This document shows positions 41,019 through 49,188 of a DNA stretch of 64,000 nucleotides, piece after piece. Positions within the stretch are counted from its first letter, which is position 1. Every line of letters starts with the position of its first letter. The notes under the pieces were generated by a model. It was not told the DNA's origin, did not search any database, and worked only from the letters and a program-made list of their open reading frames with translations. Both the position numbers and the translations under genes were made by a program. The stretch covers positions 57,495 to 121,494 of IMG/VR virus record IMGVR_UViG_3300034082_001419, one strand, 5' to 3'. The DNA is from a virus.

Positions 41019-41282
41019 TTATACCAATTCTTTATAAAATTTTTCAAATATTTTTTCAGACATTATAGAAAACTGTTCCTCCCAGTCCTGTATAATATAG
41101 TCCCCCTGGTCAACTCTGAATTCTTTACCCCCTATCTCAATCCATAAAGTAGAAAACTTTTTCTGTCTGTAATCAACCATACCTTCAAAGTCTTCTCTAC
41201 TTGCAATCTCTAATGCCATCTTCTCTGTACCATCATATTGCATAGCCTCAATAGTTCTTGGTCTCTCTGTATATAATTTCAT
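41019..41282 (-). CDS. Hypothetical phage protein (IEAxQ...GDYI family)
   Basis: IEAMQYDG...GDYII...IFEKFY. Confidence 0.65.
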   Translation of the reverse strand: MKLYTERPRTIEAMQYDGTEKMALEIASREDFEGMVDYRQKKFSTLWIEIGGKEFRVDQGDYIIQDWEEQFSIMSEKIFEKFYKELV

Positions 41283-41558
41283 ATTTCTGTATATGTTGTT
41301 TCAAATATTTCTTTTTCTACTAGCCATCTCTCACCTTGTATACCAGTACACACATAGTGTTTTCCAAATTCACCTTTAAGTTCTTGATTTTCCAATGTAG
41401 ATACATAAGGTATTGTTGGTTCTGGTGCTGTAATACCAAATTGTGCATCATCTCTTGCAGATGCTAATTCACGATATGTCCAAGTGAATCCATCCTCATC
41501 ACCTGGTTCAAATATCTTAGCTTTTACTGTAGCTATTTTTCTATACTCCTTCATAGTC
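41279..41558 (-). CDS. PGDYG-like protein
   Basis: YRKxAxVKA...TLE...GxQGERWxVxxxIFxxTY; start likely MTMKEY (start coordinate approximate). Confidence 0.55.
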
Positions 41559-41580
41559 ATAATTTTAACAACACAAATAT

Positions 41581-41655
41581 AAAACAAAATCCCCAGACTG
41601 GCATCTGAGGATCTTCTTACCTAACAACATAAGTTTTTATTAACGCACAAATATA
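41581..41655 (-). ncRNA. Candidate small RNA unit paralogous to 38798-38879
   Basis: TATATTTG promoter (41655-41648); shares cttaccta and aaaacaaaatccc..cagact with the 38.8 kb unit; terminator hairpin. Confidence 0.4.
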
Positions 41656-41891
41656 ATAACATTGGTGCAATAATAGATAACATTTCCCGGTTATTTCACC
41701 CCGCACATTATCTATTGTGGCACCAATACGGGGATATACTCTTAATAGGGGGATGGTTTTTGTGCATGCATTACTTTGTGATGGAGCCTCCATACAGAAC
41801 CCCCCACCCCTTCCGCTCCTAGGTGGTACCCCCTATGCTTCGCATAGTATCCAACTCATAACTATATATGAATTACTAAAAAATATCTACT

Positions 41892-42095
41892 ATGAAATAT
41901 TCTTTTACATTTAAAGTTGTGATGTTCATTGGCATTACATTAGGTATGTTCTCTCTTGTATCATATCAAGAGGGACTACCAACACTCACAGCCTGCATGC
42001 TTGTGATGAGCTTCTTCTTCTGTTACTGTGCTATAGCGGCACCTGATAGTGAGAGATATAGTAGAGAGTACTATAAGAAACGTAAGGGCTTATAG
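41892..42095 (+). CDS. Small two-TM membrane protein (cassette 1)
   Basis: Hydrophobic segments; follows motif copy 1. Confidence 0.6.
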   Translation: MKYSFTFKVVMFIGITLGMFSLVSYQEGLPTLTACMLVMSFFFCYCAIAAPDSERYSREYYKKRKGL

Positions 42096-42159
42096 CCTTT
42101 ATGTTTTTCTCTCTTATCCAACTCATAACTTATAGGGATAATAATTAAAACTATATATT

Positions 42160-42339
42160 ATGGATACAGAAACTTTATACAAAGTAATAAATCATATCAA
42201 TAAACAAATTGATATGATTAATGGTTATGCACTTAATAACCAAGGAGGTTTAACTGAAGCAGAAGCTATCAGTGCTATTGCAGGTAGAAAAACTCTTAAA
42301 CAATTAAAAGAGTATTTGCAAGAACATATTGAAAAATAA
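42160..42339 (+). CDS. Small protein, 59 aa (cassette 2)
   Basis: Read by hand: MDTETLYKVINHINKQIDMING...EYLQEHIEK. Confidence 0.65.
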   Translation: MDTETLYKVINHINKQIDMINGYALNNQGGLTEAEAISAIAGRKTLKQLKEYLQEHIEK

Positions 42340-42413
42340 CAAGAGGGAGCTTAGGCTCTCTCTCTTATTTATTTTATCCAACTCAAGACTATTAATAATT
42401 TAAACTAAAGACT

Positions 42414-42590
42414 ATGAATACAGAACTTATAAACAGTATAATTGCTGATCTTGAAAATGATGCTAAATCAATGCTCTCTCATATAGATACTACTAATGAC
42501 CCATTTGAAACTGGCTACATTAAAGGATATCACGATGCTCTAATGGGTCACGTTCATTTATTGCATGAGTATATCAGTAATAATGAATAA
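42414..42590 (+). CDS. Small protein, 58 aa (cassette 3)
   Basis: Read by hand: MNTELINSIIADLENDAKSML...GYIKGYHDAL...YISNNE. Confidence 0.65.
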   Translation: MNTELINSIIADLENDAKSMLSHIDTTNDPFETGYIKGYHDALMGHVHLLHEYISNNE

Positions 42591-42696
42591 CAAGAGTGGG
42601 TGTAATACCCATTCTTTTTTTCTTGCTTCGCAGCTTTTTTTGTCCAACTCATAACTGATATGGATATAAATTGTTTAATTATTAAAAATTTGAGTT

Positions 42697-43020
42697 ATGG
42701 AAACTATTAAAGACAAAATCGTAATGTGCAACATCAAATCAATTGATGCTGAAATCTCTATCAACACTAACGGTAAACGTTACAAAAAATGCACATTAAC
42801 TGCATCTTCTGGTAAGAATGCACGTGGTGTGATATACGAAAGTGTATGGAGTAAAGTTGCAGTAGGTGATGATGCTAATGTAGCATTAAGCTTATTGGAT
42901 GACGGAAGAACTATCATCCCATCTGTAATTGGCTTACCACTTGAAAGTCTTACATTTGAAGACTTTGGTGTTGCAGAACCAGTTGCTGAAGCATTTGATG
43001 CTGAAGATTTCAACATCTAA
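42697..43020 (+). CDS. OB-fold-like protein with acidic tail (SSB-like; cassette 4)
   Basis: Beta-rich, NGKRYKKCTL; ends AEAFDAEDFNI. Confidence 0.5.
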   Translation: METIKDKIVMCNIKSIDAEISINTNGKRYKKCTLTASSGKNARGVIYESVWSKVAVGDDANVALSLLDDGRTIIPSVIGLPLESLTFEDFGVAEPVAEAFDAEDFNI

Positions 43021-43025
43021 TAATA

Positions 43026-43060
43026 TAACCTCTACCTTAATAGGTAGGGGTTTATTATTT
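43026..43060 (+). terminator. Intrinsic terminator
   Basis: aacctctacc/ggtaggggtt stem plus T-rich tail. Confidence 0.65.
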
Positions 43061-43279
43061 TTATGCTCATTGTGTTTAAATGTATTACTGTGTTTTATAT
43101 ACTATGTATACTATATGTAATATTTCTTGCTACGCAGCTTTAGTATCCAACTCAAAACTAAATTGGGTTCATTGTATACAGTAATACGGTCAACTGGTAC
43201 ACGGCTCATTGGTCTATTATATACATATGGTCTAACACTAACGGTAAATATATACTCAGTCAGTATCATTAAGCTAATA

Positions 43280-43359
43280 ATAATTAATTTGACACAATAT
43301 ATTATATATAATAATCAAATTGACAGTACTATCCCGTAGTATATAATCAAATTGACAGT
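43280..43359. repeat. Three iteron-like direct repeats ATAAT(C/T)AA(A/T)TTGACA
   Basis: 43280 (degenerate), 43311 and 43343 (identical 17-mers); spacing 31-32 bp. Confidence 0.6.
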
Positions 43360-43801
43360 GATATAATAGTATATACAATAGGTACAATTAGTATTAAAGA
43401 AGATACAGGAGCATCATTAGGATATAATGGTCTAATGATAATATATCTGGTACAATAAGGATAAGCTTGAAATAGTTTTATCCAGCCTGTGGACAAAGTA
43501 GACTTTGATACTGGTAATCAGGCTATTATCTTTTGAGATAAATATAAATTGTGGGTGAATGAGAGGGTGAAAGAGTAGGACTGTCATACTTCCACCTAAA
43601 TAAACACTTGAGATAGTCTGCATAAATGCCTGATACAGACAATATAATAAGAAATATATAGCTAAATGAGTGAGTATGCACTTATATGACTATATACACT
43701 AGTATTATCTATAGTGTTATTACTCTTATTAGTATTAGTACTATAATGAAAGAAAGTATTATAGTATCCGGTTTCTTAAAAATTCAACTAAAAAATATAA
43801 A

Positions 43802-44099
43802 TATGAAAATCTCAACAATGACATTTGGAGCACAGTCTCCTCAGCAAGACCTTAGATACATAAAGTATAAGGCAAGACCAGAGTTTCAAGACTTTGATAT
43901 GAAAAATGATAAAGGTAACTATGGTACAAGAAGAAGAACTAGACCATGGGATAAATGTTGGTTTAGTAATAAACCTGGACTAATTAACATTACAGTTGAA
44001 GAAGCTTGTAAGTTAAATCCTTCTTATATGAAATGGGTATATATCAACTTAAATATTAAGTGGTCGGTATATAGTATCCAGATTTTTGAAAAATTATAA
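43802..44099 (+). CDS. Hypothetical protein (likely start MKISTM; start coordinate approximate)
   Basis: NPSYMKWV resembles exonuclease-X C-terminal-like motifs. Confidence 0.5.
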
Positions 44100-44123
44100 A
44101 ACAACAAATAAAACTGAAAAGAA

Positions 44124-44372
44124 ATGAAACTGATAATGATGATAATGGTGATGGTAGCTACAGGATGTGCTACTTCACATGGTGGATGTAATTATGCTAA
44201 AGCCAAAGCTTACAATGATAAACAAATGAAAAAAGCTAAAAGACATAGAATGTCTTATGCTAATAATATTCATAATCCAGAGAATAATGAATATATAAAT
44301 GAAATAGCATTTAATGAAGGTATCTCTTATGAAGAGGTAACTCAGGAAATGTTTAATGAAAGATACAGATGA
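44124..44372 (+). CDS. Putative lipoprotein
   Basis: MKLIMMIMVMVATGC lipobox. Confidence 0.55.
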   Translation: MKLIMMIMVMVATGCATSHGGCNYAKAKAYNDKQMKKAKRHRMSYANNIHNPENNEYINEIAFNEGISYEEVTQEMFNERYR

Positions 44373-44507
44373 GATTTAGTATTACTTATACAATAGGTAG
44401 GTTACCGTATACTGAGATAGTTAACTGTACTACCGTAGGTGAATTAAGCATAGCTATTGAGTTAGTTATGCTTGAAAATGATTTATTAAGAAGCCAAATC
44501 ACTGTAC

Positions 44508-44696
44508 ATGAGCAATGATGAAGAAGAGTTCAAAACTATTACATCAAGGTTTGACCTGGAGGATTGGAGAACTGTAAGAAATGAAGACTATTGGAAATCA
44601 GATGAGATATATAGTCAAGTAGAAAGATTAAGATATAAGTTAGTGCGCTTGAGACACTATGATAAATATGGTACAGTATTAGAAATAAGAGAATAA
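44508..44696 (+). CDS. Hypothetical protein
   Basis: ORF track. Confidence 0.5.
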   Translation: MSNDEEEFKTITSRFDLEDWRTVRNEDYWKSDEIYSQVERLRYKLVRLRHYDKYGTVLEIRE

Positions 44697-44983
44697 TGGT
44701 AGAGTTTGCGGGATTTAAGTGTGAGGTACAAGTAGAAAAGTATCAGTCAGGTTATAAAGCATTAAGATTAGTAGACCAAGAAGATGGTCAGTCAGTTGTA
44801 ATAGCTACAGTTAATCTTGATGAGCTTGACTCAGATGAAATAGCTATAAAAGACTATAGTGAAAATGAAGGAATATATAATGCATTATTAAATGCAGGAG
44901 TAATAACACCAAAACATAGAGAATTAAGTACAGGTTATGTTACTGTACCAGTGTGTAAACTAACAGAATATTATACACTATGA
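44696..44983 (+). CDS. DUF4313-like protein
   Basis: ATVNL...IKDYSENEG...L..AGVI...TGYVTVPVC. Confidence 0.65.
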   Translation: MVEFAGFKCEVQVEKYQSGYKALRLVDQEDGQSVVIATVNLDELDSDEIAIKDYSENEGIYNALLNAGVITPKHRELSTGYVTVPVCKLTEYYTL

Positions 44984-45396
44984 AAGAAGAATTTGTAACA
45001 TACGAAACTGCATTAGCTTTGAAGGAATTAGGTTTTAATGAACCTTGTTTGGTTTATTGGGTATTTGATGGTAAAGAAATTACATTTTCAACATCACATA
45101 ATAAAAGTGGATGGTCCATGATTGGATATAAAAACAGTCAAATGAATAAAAAAGCAGGTTTATGTACAGCACCACTTAAACAACAAGCATTTAGATGGTT
45201 TAGAGAAAAGTATAAACCCGAAGAACTAAACTTTTACATACACTTGCTAGATACACATACAATACCTAAAGAATATTTACCATGTTATACTATTAGAAGG
45301 GGTGTGAACATTATTGAAATAAAAACAAGTGATACTTATGAAGAAGCAGAATCAGTGTGTATAGATAAATTAATAGAAATTATTAAAAACAAATAA
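44980..45396 (+). CDS. Hypothetical phage protein
   Basis: FVTYETALALKELGF...APLxQQAFRWFRE...TYEEAE, a pattern recalled from Bacteroidota phages. Confidence 0.65.
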   Translation: MKEEFVTYETALALKELGFNEPCLVYWVFDGKEITFSTSHNKSGWSMIGYKNSQMNKKAGLCTAPLKQQAFRWFREKYKPEELNFYIHLLDTHTIPKEYLPCYTIRRGVNIIEIKTSDTYEEAESVCIDKLIEIIKNK

Positions 45397-45398
45397 AT

Positions 45399-45584
45399 AT
45401 GAAAGCAGGAACATTAATAGTAATTGCTTTATCAATTGCAGCATTAGTAGGAGAAATTAAATGCATAGTAAAAGCATTTGATTGTAATTGGGAACCAGTT
45501 GGTAAAGCAGAAATATGCTATACTGTATCAGTAGTAACCGGATTAGGTTGTATTGTAGGATATATTGATATCAAGGATAAATAA
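45399..45584 (+). CDS. Small membrane protein
   Basis: Two hydrophobic segments. Confidence 0.55.
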   Translation: MKAGTLIVIALSIAALVGEIKCIVKAFDCNWEPVGKAEICYTVSVVTGLGCIVGYIDIKDK

Positions 45585-45680
45585 AGATTATGAAAAAATA
45601 TTGGACACAAATCATCCTGTTTTATTTAACAATGTTTAGTGTAGGGTTTTTAATTGTAAGATTTTTATTATAAATTGTTC

Positions 45681-45978
45681 TTCCCTTATGTTGAAATATA
45701 CATTGAATTCACCAGATAAATGAGGACTGGACCTAAGTACTAAAGGGAAATATGTACAAATGTGTTGTTCCCTTGAGAAAGGAACTAGGGTCAAAACGGA
45801 GCATAGGAAGGGTGAAGATTGCTACAACACAGAGGGTCTCAACCTCAAACAGATTGACACAAAGGCATGAACAGTGGTGTTGTCGTAAAGTGTTATAAGA
45901 TTAATGGTAGCTAAAAAATAAATCTTATGACTAGGCTCTCGGCAGTACGTTACACAATCTGAACAGGTGCTTCCTGTT
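45681..45978 (+). ncRNA. Cluster of structured non-coding elements
   Basis: Closing helices ttccctt/aagggaa, tgtgttgt/acaacaca (with a GAGA tetraloop hairpin) and cagattg/caatctg; no ORF. Confidence 0.45.
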
Positions 45979-45984
45979 ATTTAT

Positions 45985-46089
45985 AGTGGTATGGCGGAAT
46001 TGGTAGACGCTAAATTAATGGGTGGATAGCGTGCCATTGGGGTAGAACCAAGAAAGTTACGTGTACAGGTTCGAGTCCTGTTGCCGCTG
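45985..46089 (+). tRNA. tRNA-Leu-like element with aberrant/expanded anticodon region
   Basis: Acceptor AGTGGTA/TGCCGCT, D-arm GCGGAATTGGTAGACGC, T-arm ACAGG-TTCGAGT-CCTGT; ~50-nt central part. Confidence 0.6.
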
Positions 46090-46459
46090 CAAACATATTT
46101 GATATGAGTAATGAAAAAGAGAAAGATAATGGTCAATCTATGAACCAGAAAATCATGGAAAGGTTAGTTAAATACAATAAAGAAAAAGAAAATGGCAGAG
46201 GAACTGAAAAGTCTAAGAGAGAGTCTAAATGACGTTGATGCATTGAATGCATCTTGGGACGTAAAAGAGTACATCAAGAATGAGATTGCTTATGCAATTA
46301 TGTGTTTAGAATTTGCATTAGAAGCATAATGGAGACACTAATTGTAATTACTTGCTCAATAGCAGCAGTATTATTGGTAGCAATAGTAGTAATAGAGGTA
46401 GAAAAACGTAGTATTAACAAGTAAACATTTGGTCATGTTTATATAATTCAGAAAAAGAT

Positions 46460-46684
46460 ATGTATAATATTAACGTAATTAATTCAGTGATAGGCTTTGA
46501 TAAAGCTTGTCAACTTGAGGTAGACGGTAAAGTACTTACAGGAGGTGTAACTAGAACAGTTATGCCTACTGTATATGGTATAGTAAGTGAAGAGTGTGTT
46601 AACAATACACTTGATATTGAGGTGTTTGATCACTTTAACTGGGAGTTATTCTTTAGGTTAAGGTCTATAAAGAACTCAAGATGA
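46460..46684 (+). CDS. Hypothetical protein
   Basis: ORF track. Confidence 0.55.
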   Translation: MYNINVINSVIGFDKACQLEVDGKVLTGGVTRTVMPTVYGIVSEECVNNTLDIEVFDHFNWELFFRLRSIKNSR

Positions 46685-47094
46685 GCCAAGTAACAATAAC
46701 AGTAGATGAAGAAATCTTAGTTAATTCATTAGATGCATTCATTGGACATGGTGAGATAAGGGATCTGGTTAAAGATATGTTTAACCATAGTGATAAGGCT
46801 AAGAAATTACTTGGTAGGTTATTATTAGGTGAGAAATTATCTGAAAAACCAAAAATTGGTCAAATGGGTCTATTCAAGATTCAAGGACAATGGTTCACTA
46901 ATAGAGATACTACAAAAGATACAGACCTAGATTTAAAAGGTTATATATCTTGTAGAGTAAGTGGATTATGTGCTTATACTGATTATTCACCAATTAAAGT
47001 AGAAGTTCCTACATATGATGCATCAGGTAAAATAGATATTATAATAACGGGATTAGACTATGATGAATTCATATGGTTGGAAGAAGATAAATAA
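46681..47094 (+). CDS. Hypothetical protein
   Basis: ORF track; ATGA overlap. Confidence 0.6.
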   Translation: MSQVTITVDEEILVNSLDAFIGHGEIRDLVKDMFNHSDKAKKLLGRLLLGEKLSEKPKIGQMGLFKIQGQWFTNRDTTKDTDLDLKGYISCRVSGLCAYTDYSPIKVEVPTYDASGKIDIIITGLDYDEFIWLEEDK

Positions 47095-47257
47095 AACATT
47101 AAAGATAGTATCTGAGTATACTACATGACCAGAAAAATAATAATTTGGGGAGTATTAATATTCCCCATTGTTATTTTTAGCTATATAATGATGGTTTTGT
47201 GATTTAAATTGTTATTATTTTGCATATAAGCAGTAACTTTAGGCATATTTAAAAATA

Positions 47258-47536
47258 ATGCAATATCAGTTACCAAATGGACGTGTAATAAATATCACAA
47301 TAGAACAGTATTTGTCTATGAGTGATAATGATATTCAGTACTTATTATGTACAAATGCAGGTGAATCAATTCACAATCCTTTCACTGGCTCTGCACTAGA
47401 TGAAAACACCACAGAAAAACAAGAAAAGATTTATGACTTCACATTCAATGTTGATGATGAAGCAGAAATAAAAGAGATATCTATTGAGGACTTAACTCAA
47501 GAAGATATAGATAGAATAGATAGTCTGGATAATTAA
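47258..47536 (+). CDS. Acidic hypothetical protein
   Basis: YQLPNGRVI...EQYL...NPF, followed by an acidic tail. Confidence 0.6.
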   Translation: MQYQLPNGRVINITIEQYLSMSDNDIQYLLCTNAGESIHNPFTGSALDENTTEKQEKIYDFTFNVDDEAEIKEISIEDLTQEDIDRIDSLDN

Positions 47537-47544
47537 AATCTTAA

Positions 47545-47583
47545 CTTGGGAGTGTAGACCAAGGAATAGCTAAAATCATACAC
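47545..47583 (+). promoter_or_regulatory. H-type pseudoknot in mRNA leader
   Basis: Stem cttgg/ccaag; loop gtgta pairs with tacac at 47579-47583. Confidence 0.45.
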
Positions 47584-47632
47584 AACAATCAATTATAAAA
47601 TAAAATAGTGTTAACCGTAAAAAACATGTATT

Positions 47633-48109
47633 ATGGAATCAAAAGTTAAAGTTACTGGTGATGAACTAGGTAATGTTATCTATCAGTCAGTAAACAATCC
47701 TGAGTATGGATATGTAAGAGTAGAACAAGTTAGATCTATGTATGATGACAACTCATTCTTAAGAAGAAGAGTAGTTAGTGCATTAATACAAGGGAGTATG
47801 GAAGACTTGAAACAAGAAGGTTATTATCTTGGTCAGGATTTACCAGGAAAAATTGCCATTATTGAATCATTGAACCCAACAAACAAAAAAGACCATACTA
47901 AAAACATTAAAACTGCAGGTAATACTGGAGTAGTGTGTAAAGTAGGTAATAAACCAATTTATAGAAAAACTATCTATACAATCATTACTAATGTAACTGA
48001 TGAATTGGTTAAGCATGATAATGTGGATGAAATTAAAGCAGCTAATAATTTAAGTAGTATTAGACCGTCTGCAATTCATCCGTCAGCATCAAGTGAGTTC
48101 AATATTTAA
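47633..48109 (+). CDS. Putative single-stranded DNA-binding protein
   Basis: Beta-rich with aromatic residues; ends EFNI; own terminator; pseudoknot leader. Function is inferred. Confidence 0.4.
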   Translation: MESKVKVTGDELGNVIYQSVNNPEYGYVRVEQVRSMYDDNSFLRRRVVSALIQGSMEDLKQEGYYLGQDLPGKIAIIESLNPTNKKDHTKNIKTAGNTGVVCKVGNKPIYRKTIYTIITNVTDELVKHDNVDEIKAANNLSSIRPSAIHPSASSEFNI

Positions 48110-48136
48110 GTAGGTATATATAATCAACAATGTATA

Positions 48137-48167
48137 TAGGGATAGTGTTAAAGCTATCCCTTTTTTT
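48137..48167 (+). terminator. Intrinsic terminator
   Basis: agggatag/ctatccct stem plus T-tract. Confidence 0.8.
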
Positions 48168-48184
48168 ATTAATTGTAAAAACTA

Positions 48185-48682
48185 ATGGTCATGGAGTTAC
48201 AAGAAAAGAATTTAGAGTATAAAGGTAAGTTAGAGGCTTATCAATTGTATAAAGGTGAAACTTATATGCAATATGAAAAAGATAATTATAATGATTATCA
48301 AAACCATTTATATAAAAGAGCTTTACACGGGTTAAGTGCATTTACTCAAGAAGAATTAGCTACTATGTGTAGTAAAAAGAAACAGAGAGTAAGTAAAGTA
48401 TATATGAAAGGTCAAAGTATTATTAATCTGTATAAGCAAAAGTTAACTAATGCTTATAGTAATTTTATATTCAAGACATTATTTCCTGAAAGTCCTCTTA
48501 CACAATTCTTTGTAGAGACAGAAGAAACTGATGCTGAGTTTAAAAATACACTGACATTCAAGCAATTAGGTATAACTAAAGATCAAATTGTAGGTATCTT
48601 TATAACTGAAGGCATATTACCTAAAAACTTTTATGAGTTGAAAAAAGACATGAATGCTTTACCAAGATTAAGACAAAAATAA
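48185..48682 (+). CDS. Hypothetical protein
   Basis: ORF track. Confidence 0.6.
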   Translation: MVMELQEKNLEYKGKLEAYQLYKGETYMQYEKDNYNDYQNHLYKRALHGLSAFTQEELATMCSKKKQRVSKVYMKGQSIINLYKQKLTNAYSNFIFKTLFPESPLTQFFVETEETDAEFKNTLTFKQLGITKDQIVGIFITEGILPKNFYELKKDMNALPRLRQK

Positions 48683-48689
48683 TATTAAT

Positions 48690-48715
48690 GGGTAGATGTA
48701 ACAGTCTACCCTTTT
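48690..48715 (+). terminator. Intrinsic terminator
   Basis: gggtaga/tctaccc stem plus T-tract. Confidence 0.7.
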
Positions 48716-48726
48716 AAACTATTAAA

Positions 48727-49179
48727 ATGAAAAAATTATTATTAAGTATATTTACACTTTTATTAATTGAAAGTACATATGCACAATGGATAAATAAAAG
48801 TGTGAATAATGGGTTTGATGATCCATATAGAATATGTTACACAAAAGAAAGTAATGAAACTGTTTTAAAACTTGAAAATGTAGATGGTGATATAGTACTT
48901 TATCTTCAAGGTGGATATTTTTGTGATGATGCACCAATTGTAGATATTTCTTTTTTAGTAAATGGTGCCTGGAAAAAATATGCTACAGAAGCCACAAAAG
49001 GAACTCAAAGCAATTCTTTATTTTTAGTTGATGATATGAGTACAAGTGATGCACTTGTAGACTTTTTAAATGCAACTTCTGTTAAATTAAGAGTTAATGA
49101 AAGTCACTGTGAAAATAATTACTATCAATTTAATATGTCTGGAAGTACAGCAGCATATAAATTCATTAGTAATTATTAA
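48727..49179 (+). CDS. Secreted/periplasmic protein
   Basis: Bacteroidota-style signal peptide MKKLLL...YAQW. Confidence 0.65.
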   Translation: MKKLLLSIFTLLLIESTYAQWINKSVNNGFDDPYRICYTKESNETVLKLENVDGDIVLYLQGGYFCDDAPIVDISFLVNGAWKKYATEATKGTQSNSLFLVDDMSTSDALVDFLNATSVKLRVNESHCENNYYQFNMSGSTAAYKFISNY

Positions 49180-49188
49180 GTTTGAGTA

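Larger units (their letters stand above)
41848..43159 (+). repeat. Five copies of T(A/G)TCCAACTCAnnACT, putative early promoter
   Basis: Copies at 41848, 42115, 42375, 42641 and 43144; the first four lie just upstream of a short ORF. Confidence 0.8.

Noticed and set aside
41848-43159. CRISPR array interpretation of the periodic repeats
   Set aside because: Repeats are ~16 nt with ~250-nt intervening segments that encode ORFs and terminators; no cas genes
45684-45700. dif/Xer site (ttatgttgaaat resembles a XerD arm)
   Set aside because: No matching XerC arm and no integrase in the window
46090-46160. Theta/HDV-like ribozyme after the tRNA-like element
   Set aside because: Could not build the nested double pseudoknot from the downstream sequence
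47545-47600. SAM-II riboswitch or pistol ribozyme
   Set aside because: Only the generic pseudoknot and an AATAG/GCTAAA resemblance are present; other conserved core elements are missing
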